A DNA stretch of 40,650 nt, taken from positions 1-40,650 of the forward strand of contig JAPPQJ010000021.1 in the NCBI GenBank assembly GCA_028817015.1, given 5' to 3'. The position numbers and the translations under genes were made by a program. The notes under the pieces were generated by a model. That model did no database searches and was not told the DNA's origin. It worked only from the letters and a program-made list of their open reading frames with translations. Origin of the DNA: Gammaproteobacteria bacterium. Lineage in GTDB: Bacteria; Pseudomonadota; Gammaproteobacteria; Arenicellales; Poriferihabitantaceae. Positions 1 to 9,559 of the stretch are shown one piece after another (the stretch's first letter is position 1; every line of letters starts with the position of its first letter).

Positions 1-78
1 CACGGTGAACGAGATGGAATCCACCGCCACCAGCGCGCCAAAGCGCTTTTGCAGATTATCAACCTGAATTTTGCTCAT
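1..78 (-). CDS. ABC transporter ATP-binding protein, N-terminal fragment (runs off window start)
   Basis: Manual minus-strand translation from ATG at 78: MSKIQVDNLQKRFGALVAVDSISFTV, the typical pre-Walker A start of ABC ATPases. Not in the ORF track. Confidence 0.8.
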   Translation of the reverse strand, partial: MSKIQVDNLQKRFGALVAVDSISFTV

Positions 79-130
79 CGCTGTTGCGGTCGCCAGCCCC
101 TTGAGGCCTTCTGTTGAAACAGTGCCGATT

Positions 131-158
131 ATTATAAGGGGCGCCGAAAAAATTTCAA
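131..158 (-). promoter_or_regulatory. Putative sigma70 promoter of the ABC ATPase gene
   Basis: Minus strand TTGAAA (158-153), 16 nt spacer, TATAAT (136-131), about 50 nt upstream of the ATG. Confidence 0.6.
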
Positions 159-364
159 TAATGCGTTTGCAGTCTCCTCATTCTCCGGCCTCCCGGGTAT
201 TGTTCGGCGATGGCTCGACCGGGGCTCAGGGTCCCATCCCTGGTGCCGGGGCTCGCCGTTGCGCGGCTCGGGTGGCCGGCGGATGCTCATCCCGGGTCGG
301 CCAGCCCCCTTGCGCCGGGCAGACTTTTATACTCTCGGCGGCAATCCCGGTTTTGCCCGGCCGT

Positions 365-1963
365 TCAAACCTGGTTCTGGCGCCGGAAGTAATCGGCGAG
401 GAAATCATCGAAAGTCATCCGGTCGCGGGCTTCAATTTCCTTTTGCCGAACATGGGAGCGTTTCGCCTCAGCCTGCATTTTTTGGTGGTCGCTGCGCTTC
501 ATTCGCGCTTGCTTGAAGCGCGCTTCGTGCTGTTCGGCGGTGCCCATCGCGAATTCAAAGAAACTGGCCCGCTGCTGTGACATTTGCCGAAGGATTTGGG
601 CCGAAGGGGTGAGGGACGCATCTTCCGCCTTGGCGGCCTGCGCGCTTAACGACGACAGGTAGGCTTGCCCGGTGACTTGCTCGAGCAACTCGGCCAGCGG
701 CGCGATGTCGTCCAGCAGGCGGCGGGCGCGCTCGGCCAACGAGCGTGGGCGCACTTTTTGTTTCGGTTTCCCGGTCGGTTTCGGGTGCTCGCACAGCTCC
801 AGGCCGGCGCGCCGGCCGTTCATGACCGCGCGCCGGCGGTTTTCCGCCGCGCATTCCCATTCCGTGCGGCTGATGTCGGGGCTGCCGGAAAACAGACAGT
901 AAAGCAGCAGCATGTCGAGGAAGCGGATGCAGTCGGCGTCTATGCCGACCGGGACGAACGGGTTGAGGTCGATGCTGCGCACTTCGACATATTGCACGCC
1001 CCGCTGCTGCAGCGCGTGGGTGGGGCTTTCGCCCGACAAGGCGATGCGTTTGGGGCGGATCACCGAATAAAATTCATTTTCGATTTGCAGGAGGTTGGCG
1101 TTGAGTTGCCGGTAGGCGCCGCCCACCTTGACGCCGAATCGCCGATATTCGGGATGCGGCATGCGGATCGCCCGGCGCAGCGAGCGGACGAAGCCTTCGA
1201 CGCTGTTGTAGTTGATGTCGATGCCGGCCTGGGCGTCGCTGTTGTAGCCCAGATTGCTGAGCCGCAGGGAAGTCGCGAAGGGCGCGTAGAAACTGTGCGA
1301 ATCGAAGTCATCCAGCAGGTGTTCGCGGCCTTGCAGGAAGGTTTTGCAGACCGCCGGCGAAGCCCCGAACAGATAGCAGATGAGCCACGAATGGCGGTGG
1401 AAATTGCGAATCAGGCCGAAGTAGGAAACCGACTTGCGGTCGCGGATGGCCGCCTCGTCATCGCTGTCCAGGAACTCGCTCCAGAACGCTTCGGGCATCG
1501 AGAAGTTGAAGTGAACGCCGGCGATGGTCTGCATCAAACTGCCGTACCGAAGGCTCAGCCCGCGCCGGTATACCTCCTTCATTCGCGCGATGTTGGAGGC
1601 TCCGTAGCGGGCGATGGGGATGTGCTCGGCGCCGCGCACGATGCACGGCATGCTGTTGACCCAGAGTTTTTCCCGGTCGAGATTCTGGTAGGTGAAGTGG
1701 TGGATGTCGAACAGGTCTTGCAGCAGGGCGTCTATGCTGGTGTGGGTCGGGGTGATGAATTCCAGCAGCGCTTCCGAGTAGTCGGTGGTGATGGTCGGGT
1801 GGGTCAGCGCCGAGCCGAGCGCGCGGGGGTGCGGGGTGTGCGCCAGGGTGCCGTGTTCATCGACGCGCAAACTTTCTTTTTCGATGCCCCGGTTGAGGCG
1901 GGCGAGGTGGCGGTCGAGGCCTAAACGGCACAAACGCTCCAGGGTCTGGCGCAGGTTATTCAA
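365..1963 (-). CDS. gshA: Glutamate--cysteine ligase
   Basis: RGIEKESLRV, THPTITTDYSEALLEFITP, LQIENEFYSVIRPKR, GVQYVEVRSIDLNPF motifs. Start trimmed to TTG at 1963 (ORF track starts at 2158, overlapping dusA). Confidence 0.95.
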   Translation of the reverse strand: MNNLRQTLERLCRLGLDRHLARLNRGIEKESLRVDEHGTLAHTPHPRALGSALTHPTITTDYSEALLEFITPTHTSIDALLQDLFDIHHFTYQNLDREKLWVNSMPCIVRGAEHIPIARYGASNIARMKEVYRRGLSLRYGSLMQTIAGVHFNFSMPEAFWSEFLDSDDEAAIRDRKSVSYFGLIRNFHRHSWLICYLFGASPAVCKTFLQGREHLLDDFDSHSFYAPFATSLRLSNLGYNSDAQAGIDINYNSVEGFVRSLRRAIRMPHPEYRRFGVKVGGAYRQLNANLLQIENEFYSVIRPKRIALSGESPTHALQQRGVQYVEVRSIDLNPFVPVGIDADCIRFLDMLLLYCLFSGSPDISRTEWECAAENRRRAVMNGRRAGLELCEHPKPTGKPKQKVRPRSLAERARRLLDDIAPLAELLEQVTGQAYLSSLSAQAAKAEDASLTPSAQILRQMSQQRASFFEFAMGTAEQHEARFKQARMKRSDHQKMQAEAKRSHVRQKEIEARDRMTFDDFLADYFRRQNQV

Positions 1964-2083
1964 AGCGTGTTGTCGGTTGTCGGATTGGGGGGTGCAGGAT
2001 GTCCCGAGTCGGGGGCAAAAGCAACCGTTTTTTGCGCCGCCGCTGCGGGTAATCAATGCGGCCGCCGTCGGTGTTAGAATCCG

Positions 2084-3082
2084 ATGCGGACTGATTCGGA
2101 TATGCCGATGGTTGCGGAATTTTCCGTTGCGCCGATGCTGAATGTAACCGACCGGCACTGCCGGATGTTTCTGCGCCTGTTTTCCGGGCGCATGAAATTA
2201 TACACCGAGATGACCGTGTGCGGCGCCGTCATCCACGGCCAGCGCGCGCGTTTCCTGGATTTCGACCCGCGCGAGCGCCCGCTGGCGCTCCAACTGGCGG
2301 GCTCCGACCCGGCCCAACTGGCATGGTGCGCGCGCCTCGCCGAGGAGGCCGGATACGACGAGGTCAACCTCAACATCGGCTGCCCCAGCGCGCGCGTTCA
2401 GAACGGCCGCTTCGGCGCCTGCCTGATGGCCGAGCCCGGCCGGGTGGCGGATTGCGTGGCGGCGATGCGCGCGGCGGTCGCCATTCCGGTGACGGTGAAA
2501 ACCCGCACCGGCATCGACAACCGCGACAGTTATGAGCACCTGGCGGCGTTCATCGCCCGGGTGTCGCAAAGCGGCTGCGAGCACTTCATCATCCACGCCC
2601 GCAAAGCCTGGTTGCAGGGCCTGAGCCCGAAGCAGAACCGCCTGGTCCCGAAGTTGCGTTACGAGCGCGTGTATCGCCTGAAACGGGATTTCCCCGCCAT
2701 CCGCTTCACGATCAACGGCGGCATCAGTACCCTCGACCAGGCGCTCGGCCATTTGCGGCACGTCGACGGCGTCATGATCGGGCGCGAGGCGCGCCATCGT
2801 CCGTGGATGCTGAGCGCGGTTGACCGGGTTATCTTCAAAGCGGCGGATGCGGCGCCCGCCACCCGGGTTGAAACGGTGCGGGCGTATCTGCCCTATGTCG
2901 AGCAGCAACTGGCGCGCGGGGTTTATCTGCGGCATCTGACCCGGCATATCCTGGGGCTGTTCCACGGGCAGCCGGGGGCGCGCGGCTGGCGGCGGCATTT
3001 GTCGGGGCAGGGGTCAGGGCAGGGGGCCGGGGTTGAGGTGATTCGCGAGGCGTTGAAAATCGTTGAAGAGGCGGCCGGGTGA
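2084..3082 (+). CDS. dusA: tRNA-dihydrouridine synthase A
   Basis: FSVAPM..TDRHCR, LYTEM, DEVNLNIGCPS.RVQNGRFGACLM, IHARKAWLQGLSPKQNR. True start may be slightly downstream (2102 or 2108). Confidence 0.95.
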   Translation: MRTDSDMPMVAEFSVAPMLNVTDRHCRMFLRLFSGRMKLYTEMTVCGAVIHGQRARFLDFDPRERPLALQLAGSDPAQLAWCARLAEEAGYDEVNLNIGCPSARVQNGRFGACLMAEPGRVADCVAAMRAAVAIPVTVKTRTGIDNRDSYEHLAAFIARVSQSGCEHFIIHARKAWLQGLSPKQNRLVPKLRYERVYRLKRDFPAIRFTINGGISTLDQALGHLRHVDGVMIGREARHRPWMLSAVDRVIFKAADAAPATRVETVRAYLPYVEQQLARGVYLRHLTRHILGLFHGQPGARGWRRHLSGQGSGQGAGVEVIREALKIVEEAAG

Positions 3083-3097
3083 ACCTTTTATACGGCC

Positions 3098-3126
3098 TTG
3101 AGTCTGTATGCCTGGCGGTATAGAAT
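3098..3126 (+). promoter_or_regulatory. Putative sigma70 promoter heading the TRAP/paa/hmg block
   Basis: TTGAGT (3098-3103), 17 nt, TAGAAT (3121-3126). RBS-like AGAGGAG at 3154-3160. Confidence 0.55.
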
Positions 3127-3168
3127 GCCGGGCATCGTCAATATCAGATGACCAGAGGAGTCAAACAA

Positions 3169-4176
3169 ATGAAATCATTGTATCGATTCGCGTTGCTGGC
3201 CGGCTCGCTGTGCGTCAGCGGCACGGTGTTTGCCGTGGACATGACCGTCGGCACCTGGCTCAACCCCAAGCATCCGCAAAACGCCGTGGTGCTGAAAACC
3301 TGGGGCGAGTGGATCGACATCGCCACCGAAGGCCGGGTGCAGTTGCAACTCAAATACCACCAGGGGCATCCCAAGGGCGTTTTCGGCGATGTCGAGGACG
3401 GCAATTACGATGCCGGGTGGTCGTTTCACGGCTACCTGCCGGGGAAATTCAAACTGACCAGGATGGCCGAGTTGCCGCTGTTAGGCGCCGAGGCCGAGGC
3501 GGCGTCGCTGGCATACTGGCGCGTTCACCGGAAGTATTTGGCCAGGGCCAACGAGCACCGGGGCATGGTGCTCGCCGGGTTGTTTCTGCACGGCCCGGGG
3601 CAGATCATGCTGCGCGAGCCGGTCGACTCGCTGGACGACATGAGGAACAAGAAAATCCGCATCGGCGGCGGCGTGCAGACCCAGATCGCCGAGTCGCTGG
3701 GTGTCAAAGGCATCTCCGCCCCCGGCTCCAAAGTTTATGAAATTCTTTCGCAAGGCGTCGCCGACGGCGTGTTCATGCCGGTCGGTGAGCAGAACACCAT
3801 GCGCCTGTATGAGGTAACCCGTTTCATCTACAAGGCGCCGGCGGGCATGTATTTGGGCAGTTTCGGCATCTTCATCAACCCCGATTTTCTGAAAAAGGTC
3901 GGCGCCAAGGACGCCGAAGCCATCATGGAGGTGTCGGGCGAGAGTCTGTCGCTGCTGGCCGGGCGCGCCTGGGGCGAGAACGATAACATCGGCATCACCA
4001 AAGCCAGGCAGGCCGGCGTGCAAATCGTCGACTGGTCGGATGCCGATGTGGAGCGCTTCACCGCCCTGACCGGCGACATCGAGCGCGACTGGCTTGAATC
4101 GGTTGCGGACCGCCCGGTGGATGCGGCCGGGGCATTGCGCGAATTTCGCCAGGTGGCGCGCGCCTATCCGTTTTAG
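3169..4176 (+). CDS. dctP: TRAP transporter substrate-binding protein (DctP family)
   Basis: Signal peptide ending VFA, DDMRNKKIRIGGG, VYEILSQGVADG, 335 aa. ATG 3169 follows a GGAG RBS. dctQ/dctM lie nearby. Confidence 0.9.
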   Translation: MKSLYRFALLAGSLCVSGTVFAVDMTVGTWLNPKHPQNAVVLKTWGEWIDIATEGRVQLQLKYHQGHPKGVFGDVEDGNYDAGWSFHGYLPGKFKLTRMAELPLLGAEAEAASLAYWRVHRKYLARANEHRGMVLAGLFLHGPGQIMLREPVDSLDDMRNKKIRIGGGVQTQIAESLGVKGISAPGSKVYEILSQGVADGVFMPVGEQNTMRLYEVTRFIYKAPAGMYLGSFGIFINPDFLKKVGAKDAEAIMEVSGESLSLLAGRAWGENDNIGITKARQAGVQIVDWSDADVERFTALTGDIERDWLESVADRPVDAAGALREFRQVARAYPF

Positions 4177-4213
4177 TTTTTTTTTTCCACCCTGGCCCGT
4201 TGACGGGGGCGTC

Positions 4214-4495
4214 ATGAACGACACGGTGTTATACGAGGTGTTTGTGCGCTCCCATCACGCCGCCGGCCATCAGCATGTCGGCAGCCTGCGGGCCACCGGC
4301 CCCGAAGAGGCTCTGCTGCATGCGCGGGATTTATACACCCGGCGCAATGAAGGAGAGAGTTTGTGGGTGGTGCGCGCCGATGCGGTCACGGCCAGCGAGC
4401 CGGGCCAGCGCCACTCGCTGTTTAAGCCGGCGGCCGGCAAAGGCTACCGCCACCCGACCGCCTTTCCGCTTCACCCGGGCGTGAAAAACATGTAG
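4214..4495 (+). CDS. paaB: 1,2-phenylacetyl-CoA epoxidase subunit B
   Basis: LYEVFVRS...HVGSLRA...ALLHARDLYTRRNEG.SLWVV...K.YRHPT, 93 aa. Confidence 0.92.
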   Translation: MNDTVLYEVFVRSHHAAGHQHVGSLRATGPEEALLHARDLYTRRNEGESLWVVRADAVTASEPGQRHSLFKPAAGKGYRHPTAFPLHPGVKNM

Positions 4496-4551
4496 CGCCT
4501 GGCGCCGGCCGCGCGCGAGGCTGCGGGCGGCCAGGCCAGCGGAGGTGTCAT

Positions 4552-5025
4552 TTGCGTCACCGGATCAGCCAGTATCTGTCGGTCATCTCGGCCTTCCTGT
4601 TGTTCATTTTGATGTTGATCACGGTGGTCGATGTGATCGGCCGCTATGGCTTTAATCAGCCGCTGGCCGGCTCCAGTGAGTTGACCGAAATTTGCCTGAG
4701 TCTGATCATCTTCGCGGCGTTCCCGCTGTTGTGCCGCAACAACGACCACATCGCCGTCGATTTGCTCGAAAACCGCTTCAGCGCGCGCTTCAAGCGCATC
4801 CGCAACCGCGTCGTTCAAGCGGTGGTCAGCGTCTGCCTGCTGACCCTGGGTTACGGGCTTTTCCTGCTGGGGCTCCGCGCCCGCCGGGATGCGCTGGTTA
4901 CCGAAATTCTGGAAATGCCGAACGATGTGTTTTTGTTCCTGATGGCGTTTTTACTGCTGCTGTCGGGGGCCATGAGCGTTTGCATTCTGTTCACCGCTGA
5001 TGCCGCCGGGGACGGTCAGCCATGA
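4552..5025 (+). CDS. dctQ: TRAP transporter small permease
   Basis: Four hydrophobic segments, DVIGRY.FN.P..GS.EL, HIAVDLL. TTG start after GGAGG. Overlaps dctM by 4 nt. Confidence 0.9.
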   Translation: MRHRISQYLSVISAFLLFILMLITVVDVIGRYGFNQPLAGSSELTEICLSLIIFAAFPLLCRNNDHIAVDLLENRFSARFKRIRNRVVQAVVSVCLLTLGYGLFLLGLRARRDALVTEILEMPNDVFLFLMAFLLLLSGAMSVCILFTADAAGDGQP

Positions 5026-6347
5026 CCGTCGCGCTGTTCGGTTTTGCCGCGCTGTTGTTGCTGATTTTGCTGAGGATACCGCTGTTGGCGGCCATGGGTG
5101 TAGTCGGTTTTTTCGGTTTCGCGGTGACCCAGGGGCTGTTGACCGAAACCGGCTGGTGGGATTTCAACTGGAAGGGAGTGGTCTATCTAATCGCCAGAAC
5201 CGCGGTGTCGGTCACCCAGTCCTACGAATTGTCGGTCATCCCGCTGTTTCTGCTCATGGGGGATTTTGTCGCCCAGGGCGGGTTGTCGAAAGATTTATAC
5301 CGGCTGGCCTATGTTTATTTCGGATACAAGCGCGGCGGCCTGGCGGTGGCCACCATCGTCGCCTGCGGCGGTTTTTCCTCGGTGTGCGGTTCATCGCTGG
5401 CGACCACCGCGACCATGGGCCGCATCGCCTATCCCGAAATGAAACGCCTCAACTACGGCACCAGCCTGGCCAGTGCGTCCATCTCCGCCGGCAGCACGCT
5501 GGGCATTCTCATCCCGCCGAGCGTCATCCTGATCATCTACGGCCTGCTCACCGAGCAAAGCATTCGCGAATTGTTCGCCGCCGGCTTTCTGCCCGGGCTG
5601 CTCGGCATCGTATTGTATGTGGTGGCGATCAAACTGGTGGTGTGGCGCCGCCCGGACATCGCCCCGGCGGGCGGCCGCGAGGACCGGCGGGCCAAATGGG
5701 GCGCGCTGAAAAACGTCTACCATACCGTCCTGTTGTTCACGGTCATCATGGGCGGCATCTATTTCGGCGTGTTCACGCCCACCGAAGCGGCCGGCATCGG
5801 CGCCTTCGGCGGATTTCTGATCGGTTTGCTGCGCCGAACTCTCACCCCCGCCGTGTTGATCGACATCCTCAAGGGCGCTGCCGTCACTTCCGTGAAATTG
5901 TTTTCGCTGCTCATCGGCGCGCTGATTTTTTCCCGTTTCATCAGCAACACCGGCGTGGTGGAGGAGTTGACCGCGCTCATCGCATCGTGGTCGGTCAACC
6001 CCTATTTCGTCATCATCCTGATCATGCTGGTGTATATCGTGCTGGGCATGATTCTGGAGAGTTTGTCGATGATCCTGCTGACCGTGCCGCTGTTTTTCCC
6101 GATAGTCTCGCAACTGGGGTTCGATTTGGTGTGGTTCGGCATTTTGGTGGTGGTGATCACCGAAATCAGTTTAATCACGCCGCCGGTCGGCTTGAATGTG
6201 TTCGTGCTGTCGAGCATCATCCGCGACTTGACCCCCAGGCAGATTTTCCGCGGCGTGCTGCCGTTCTGGTGCGCCGACCTGGTTCGCCTGCTGCTGCTGA
6301 TTTTGTTTCCGGCGGTCAGTTTGTGGCTGCCCCGTTTGTTGTATTGA
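5022..6347 (+). CDS. dctM: TRAP transporter large permease
   Basis: IPLFLLMG, GSSLAT.ATMG, GTLGILIPPS-like segment, GVFTPTEAA, LITPPVGLNVFV. Confidence 0.95.
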   Translation: MTVALFGFAALLLLILLRIPLLAAMGVVGFFGFAVTQGLLTETGWWDFNWKGVVYLIARTAVSVTQSYELSVIPLFLLMGDFVAQGGLSKDLYRLAYVYFGYKRGGLAVATIVACGGFSSVCGSSLATTATMGRIAYPEMKRLNYGTSLASASISAGSTLGILIPPSVILIIYGLLTEQSIRELFAAGFLPGLLGIVLYVVAIKLVVWRRPDIAPAGGREDRRAKWGALKNVYHTVLLFTVIMGGIYFGVFTPTEAAGIGAFGGFLIGLLRRTLTPAVLIDILKGAAVTSVKLFSLLIGALIFSRFISNTGVVEELTALIASWSVNPYFVIILIMLVYIVLGMILESLSMILLTVPLFFPIVSQLGFDLVWFGILVVVITEISLITPPVGLNVFVLSSIIRDLTPRQIFRGVLPFWCADLVRLLLLILFPAVSLWLPRLLY

Positions 6348-6373
6348 AACCTTAACCCGGCAACGAGGGCGCG

Positions 6374-7150
6374 ATGACATTTCACCCCGGCGACTTGAAC
6401 GCGCAGGAAAAACTTCTCCTGCACCTGGCCGACAACGGTTTAATCATGAACCACCGCCTGTGCCAGTGGTGCGCGCATGCGCCGGAACTGGAACTGGAGA
6501 TGGGGCTGGCCAATATCGGTTTGGACCACCTGGGGCAGGCGCGGTTGTGGCTGGGCCGCCTGATTGAAACCCTGGCCGCGCGCGGAGTTGAAACCAGCGA
6601 GGATGAGTTGGCGTATTTTCGCGATGACGATCAATACTTCAACCTTTTGCTGGTGGAGCAGCCCAACGACGATTTCGCCATGACCGTCGGCAAGTTGTTT
6701 TTGTATGATGCGTTCCACCATCTGGCATTGAACCAGTTGTCGCGGGCCGGCGACCCGCCGGTCGCCGCCATCGCCGGGAAAGCGGCGGTTGAGGTCGGTT
6801 ATCATCTGCGGTTTTCCACGCACTGGATGAAGGTGATGGTCGGCGGCACCGAATACAGCGCCGGGCGAATGCGGGTCGCGCTGGACTATCTCTGGCCGTT
6901 GTGCGGGGAATTTTTCACTCCCGCCGACTATGAAAAAACCGTCAAGCAACCGCGAGTCGCCTTTGCGCAACTGAAGGATGCGTGGCTGCAAAGCGTGCTG
7001 CCCGTGGTGCGGCCCCTGGGGTTGGCGCTTGGCGAGGCGCTGGCGTTTCACCATCCTTCCGGCAAACACAACCGCCACAGCGAACACCTGGGTTATGTTC
7101 TCGCCGAAATGCAGGTGCTGGCGCGCAAACACGCGGGGGCCGCATGGTAG
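6374..7150 (+). CDS. paaC: 1,2-phenylacetyl-CoA epoxidase subunit C (structural beta subunit)
   Basis: LAD..LI..HRL.QWC.HAPELE....LANIGLD.LGQAR, EDELAYFRD, LLVEQPN.DFA, HSEHLGYVLAEMQ. Confidence 0.93.
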   Translation: MTFHPGDLNAQEKLLLHLADNGLIMNHRLCQWCAHAPELELEMGLANIGLDHLGQARLWLGRLIETLAARGVETSEDELAYFRDDDQYFNLLLVEQPNDDFAMTVGKLFLYDAFHHLALNQLSRAGDPPVAAIAGKAAVEVGYHLRFSTHWMKVMVGGTEYSAGRMRVALDYLWPLCGEFFTPADYEKTVKQPRVAFAQLKDAWLQSVLPVVRPLGLALGEALAFHHPSGKHNRHSEHLGYVLAEMQVLARKHAGAAW

Positions 7151-7599
7151 CCGAAAACGCCGCCGGCACCGCGCAAATCAAGGCCATTCTCGGCAAGGTG
7201 CGCGACCCGGAATTGCCGATGATCTCCATCTGCGATTTAGGGATCGTGCGCCGCATCGAGGAGGGCGGCGGGCAGTATACGGTGGTGATCACCCCGACCT
7301 TCAGCGGCTGCCCGGCGATGACCATGATCGAGCAAAACATCGCTGCGGCGCTGGCCGAGGCGGGAGTGGAATCGTTTCGCATCGTCAAAGAACTGTCGCC
7401 GCCCTGGCAATCCACCGATGTCACCGAGGCGGGGCGCAAGTTGCTGATGGCAAACGGCATCGCCGTTGCCTGCGAAGGCGTGCGCTGTCCCCATTGTCAA
7501 AGCGACAACACCGAGACGGTCAGCGAATTCGGCGCCACCGCCTGCAAGCGGTTTGCAAGGTGCCGGTGTTGCCGGGAGCCGTTCGAGGTTTTCAAATGA
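7144..7599 (+). CDS. paaD: Phenylacetate-CoA oxygenase maturation subunit PaaD
   Basis: V.DPELP.ISI.DLGIVR, ITPTFSGCPA, CPHC.S..T..VSEFGATACK...RC..CREPFE.FK. Confidence 0.93.
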   Translation: MVAENAAGTAQIKAILGKVRDPELPMISICDLGIVRRIEEGGGQYTVVITPTFSGCPAMTMIEQNIAAALAEAGVESFRIVKELSPPWQSTDVTEAGRKLLMANGIAVACEGVRCPHCQSDNTETVSEFGATACKRFARCRCCREPFEVFK

Positions 7600-8708
7600 G
7601 CCCGCCGGCCGCGGCCAGGCGCGGGTTTTTCCCGGTGGCGATTCGCTCCATCGTCGCCGAAACCGGCGACTCCCGGGTGATCGAGTTGTCCCCGTTGCAA
7701 GACCAGGACCGGGGGCGCATCACCCACCGAAGCGGCCAGCATGTCTCGGTCAGGGTCACCGCAGGTGGGCGGGAAATCTATCGCACCTACTCGATCTGCG
7801 AGCCGTCGTCATCCGGGAAAATCGCCCTGGGCGTGCGGTTGCTGCCAAACGGCGTTTTTTCCGACTGGCTGCGCCGCTGCAAGGCGGGCGACCGGCTGGC
7901 GGTCAGTGGTGCGCAAGGGCGTTTCTACCTGCGTCCGCCCGAACATCCGCGCCAGCAGAGTTTGTTCATCGCCTCCGGCAGCGGCATCACCCCGGTGATC
8001 AGCATGCTGGAAGAATTCCTCGGCGCACACCCCGAGGCCGGCGCGCTGCTGCTGTATGCCAACCGCAACACCGCATCCACCATGTTTCTGGAGCGCCTGA
8101 TGCAGTTGAAGAACCGGTTCATGGCGCGTTTCACGCTGCACTTTTTCACCTCGCGGGAGCAGCAGGCCGTGGCCTGGCGCAACTCCCGCATAGACGCCGC
8201 CGCGCTGGGCGGATTGCAGGACAAGCGCCTGTTGCGGGTGCCGGATTTCCGGCATTTCTACTTGTGCGGCCCGCCGCCGATGATGGAGTCGTGCGGCCGA
8301 TTCCTGCGCGCCGGCGGCGTGGACGGCGCGCGCATCCACAGCGAACACTTCGCCCCGGCCCGCCGCCTCGACGCCTCCGACTCTCCCCAACCGCAGTCGG
8401 TGCGCGGCCCCGACCCGGCGGCCCGCATCGTGGCGCGCGTCAGCGTCATCTTGAACGGCACACGGCGCGAATTCAACTATTGCGACCGCGACCCGTCGGT
8501 GCTCGCGGCGGCGGCGCGCCAGCATATCGCCCTGCCTTTCGCCTGCGCCGGCGGCGTCTGCGGAACCTGCCGCTGCAAAATCCTGCAGGGCCGGGTGCTG
8601 ATGGAAAAAAACCACGCGCTGGAAGCGCAAGACATCGCCGACGGTTTCGTCCTGGCCTGCCAGTCCCGGCCGCAAGACGGCAAACTGTCGTTGTCGTTCG
8701 ATTATTGA
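7596..8708 (+). CDS. paaE: Phenylacetyl-CoA epoxidase reductase (FAD/NAD plus C-terminal 2Fe-2S)
   Basis: RTYSIC, ASGSGITPVIS, YLCGP..M, PFACAGGVCGTCRC...LACQS. ATGA overlap with paaD. Confidence 0.92.
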   Translation: MSPPAAARRGFFPVAIRSIVAETGDSRVIELSPLQDQDRGRITHRSGQHVSVRVTAGGREIYRTYSICEPSSSGKIALGVRLLPNGVFSDWLRRCKAGDRLAVSGAQGRFYLRPPEHPRQQSLFIASGSGITPVISMLEEFLGAHPEAGALLLYANRNTASTMFLERLMQLKNRFMARFTLHFFTSREQQAVAWRNSRIDAAALGGLQDKRLLRVPDFRHFYLCGPPPMMESCGRFLRAGGVDGARIHSEHFAPARRLDASDSPQPQSVRGPDPAARIVARVSVILNGTRREFNYCDRDPSVLAAAARQHIALPFACAGGVCGTCRCKILQGRVLMEKNHALEAQDIADGFVLACQSRPQDGKLSLSFDY

Positions 8709-8769
8709 ACGGGCCGTTTGCGCGGAAGCGGTATTCGTGATATTTTGCCGGCCGCGTGGAGAGTGGATC

Positions 8770-9546
8770 ATGGACAACATCATTTTCAGCATCACAAACC
8801 GACTGGCGGTGATTACCCTGAACCGCCCCGAGTCGCTCAACAGTTTGAATGCCGACATGCTCGGTGAGTTGAACCGGGCGGTGCGAGAGGTGGCCGACTC
8901 GGACGCCCGCGCGCTGTTGATCAGCGCCAAAGGCCGGGGCTTTTGTTCCGGCCAGGATTTGTCCGACCCCGGCATCGACGCCCGGGCCGGCGGCGACTTG
9001 GGGCGAATGCTGGAGCAATACTACAACCCGCTGATGCGCGCCTTGTCGGCGCTGGACATCCCCGTGGTCAGCGCGGTGGGCGGGGTGGCGGCCGGCGCCG
9101 GAGTCAGCCTGGCATTGGCGGCCGACATCATGCTGATGCACCGGTCGGCGTCCCTGGTGCTGGCTTTCAGCCGCATCGGCCTGGTGCCGGACGCCGGCAG
9201 TTCGTGGTTGTTGAGCCGCGCCGTCGGCCTGCGGCGCGCCACCGCGCTGGCCCTGATGGGCGCGACCATCAGCAGCACGCAGGCCCTGGAGTGGGGGCTG
9301 GCCTGGGCGGTATATGAAGACGACTTCCACGACCAAACCGAAACAATCTGCGCCCGGCTGGCCGCTGCGCCGACCAGGGGGCTGGGATACACCAAGCGGG
9401 TGTTTGGCGGTGCGGCGGTCAACGACTTTGACCGGCAACTGGAGGTGGAAAAGGATTTTCAGCGCCTGGCCGGAAACAGCGCCGATTACCGCGAAGGGGT
9501 GGACGCTTTCTTCGCCGGCAGAAAACCCCAATTCACCGGCCAGTAA
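8770..9546 (+). CDS. paaG: Epoxyphenylacetyl-CoA isomerase (crotonase family)
   Basis: ITLNRPE.LNS, GRGFCSGQDLS, LEQYYNPL, IGLVPDAG.SW.L, DYREGV.AF...RKP.F.G. In paa context. Confidence 0.88.
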   Translation: MDNIIFSITNRLAVITLNRPESLNSLNADMLGELNRAVREVADSDARALLISAKGRGFCSGQDLSDPGIDARAGGDLGRMLEQYYNPLMRALSALDIPVVSAVGGVAAGAGVSLALAADIMLMHRSASLVLAFSRIGLVPDAGSSWLLSRAVGLRRATALALMGATISSTQALEWGLAWAVYEDDFHDQTETICARLAAAPTRGLGYTKRVFGGAAVNDFDRQLEVEKDFQRLAGNSADYREGVDAFFAGRKPQFTGQ

Positions 9547-9559
9547 GGAAACCCAGGCC

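Noticed and set aside
190-360. GC-rich hairpins (CAGGG…CCCTG, GGATG-CT-CATCC) downstream of gshA as a possible ncRNA or riboswitch
   Set aside because: No recognisable RNA family motif. Short stems are expected at this GC content.
71-580. 169 aa + strand ORF and other short ORFs over the gshA 3' end
   Set aside because: They are antisense to gshA, have no motif, and span the ABC gene promoter.
665-1924. Long antisense ORFs, here and e.g. 7809-8975, 13410-14786, 19767-20723, 21537-23111, 33122-34321
   Set aside because: These are shadow frames of well-supported genes, common in GC-rich DNA.
4177-4207. T10 tract after the dctP stop plus a small hairpin over the paaB RBS, as a terminator or phase-variation site
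   Set aside because: The tract is non-coding, is not preceded by a clear stem, and is not in a promoter spacer. The hairpin is only 4-5 bp.
6978-8708. 576 aa ORF suggesting a long N-terminal extension or fusion on PaaE
   Set aside because: The upstream part overlaps paaC/paaD in another frame. The real start is the ATGA overlap at 7596.
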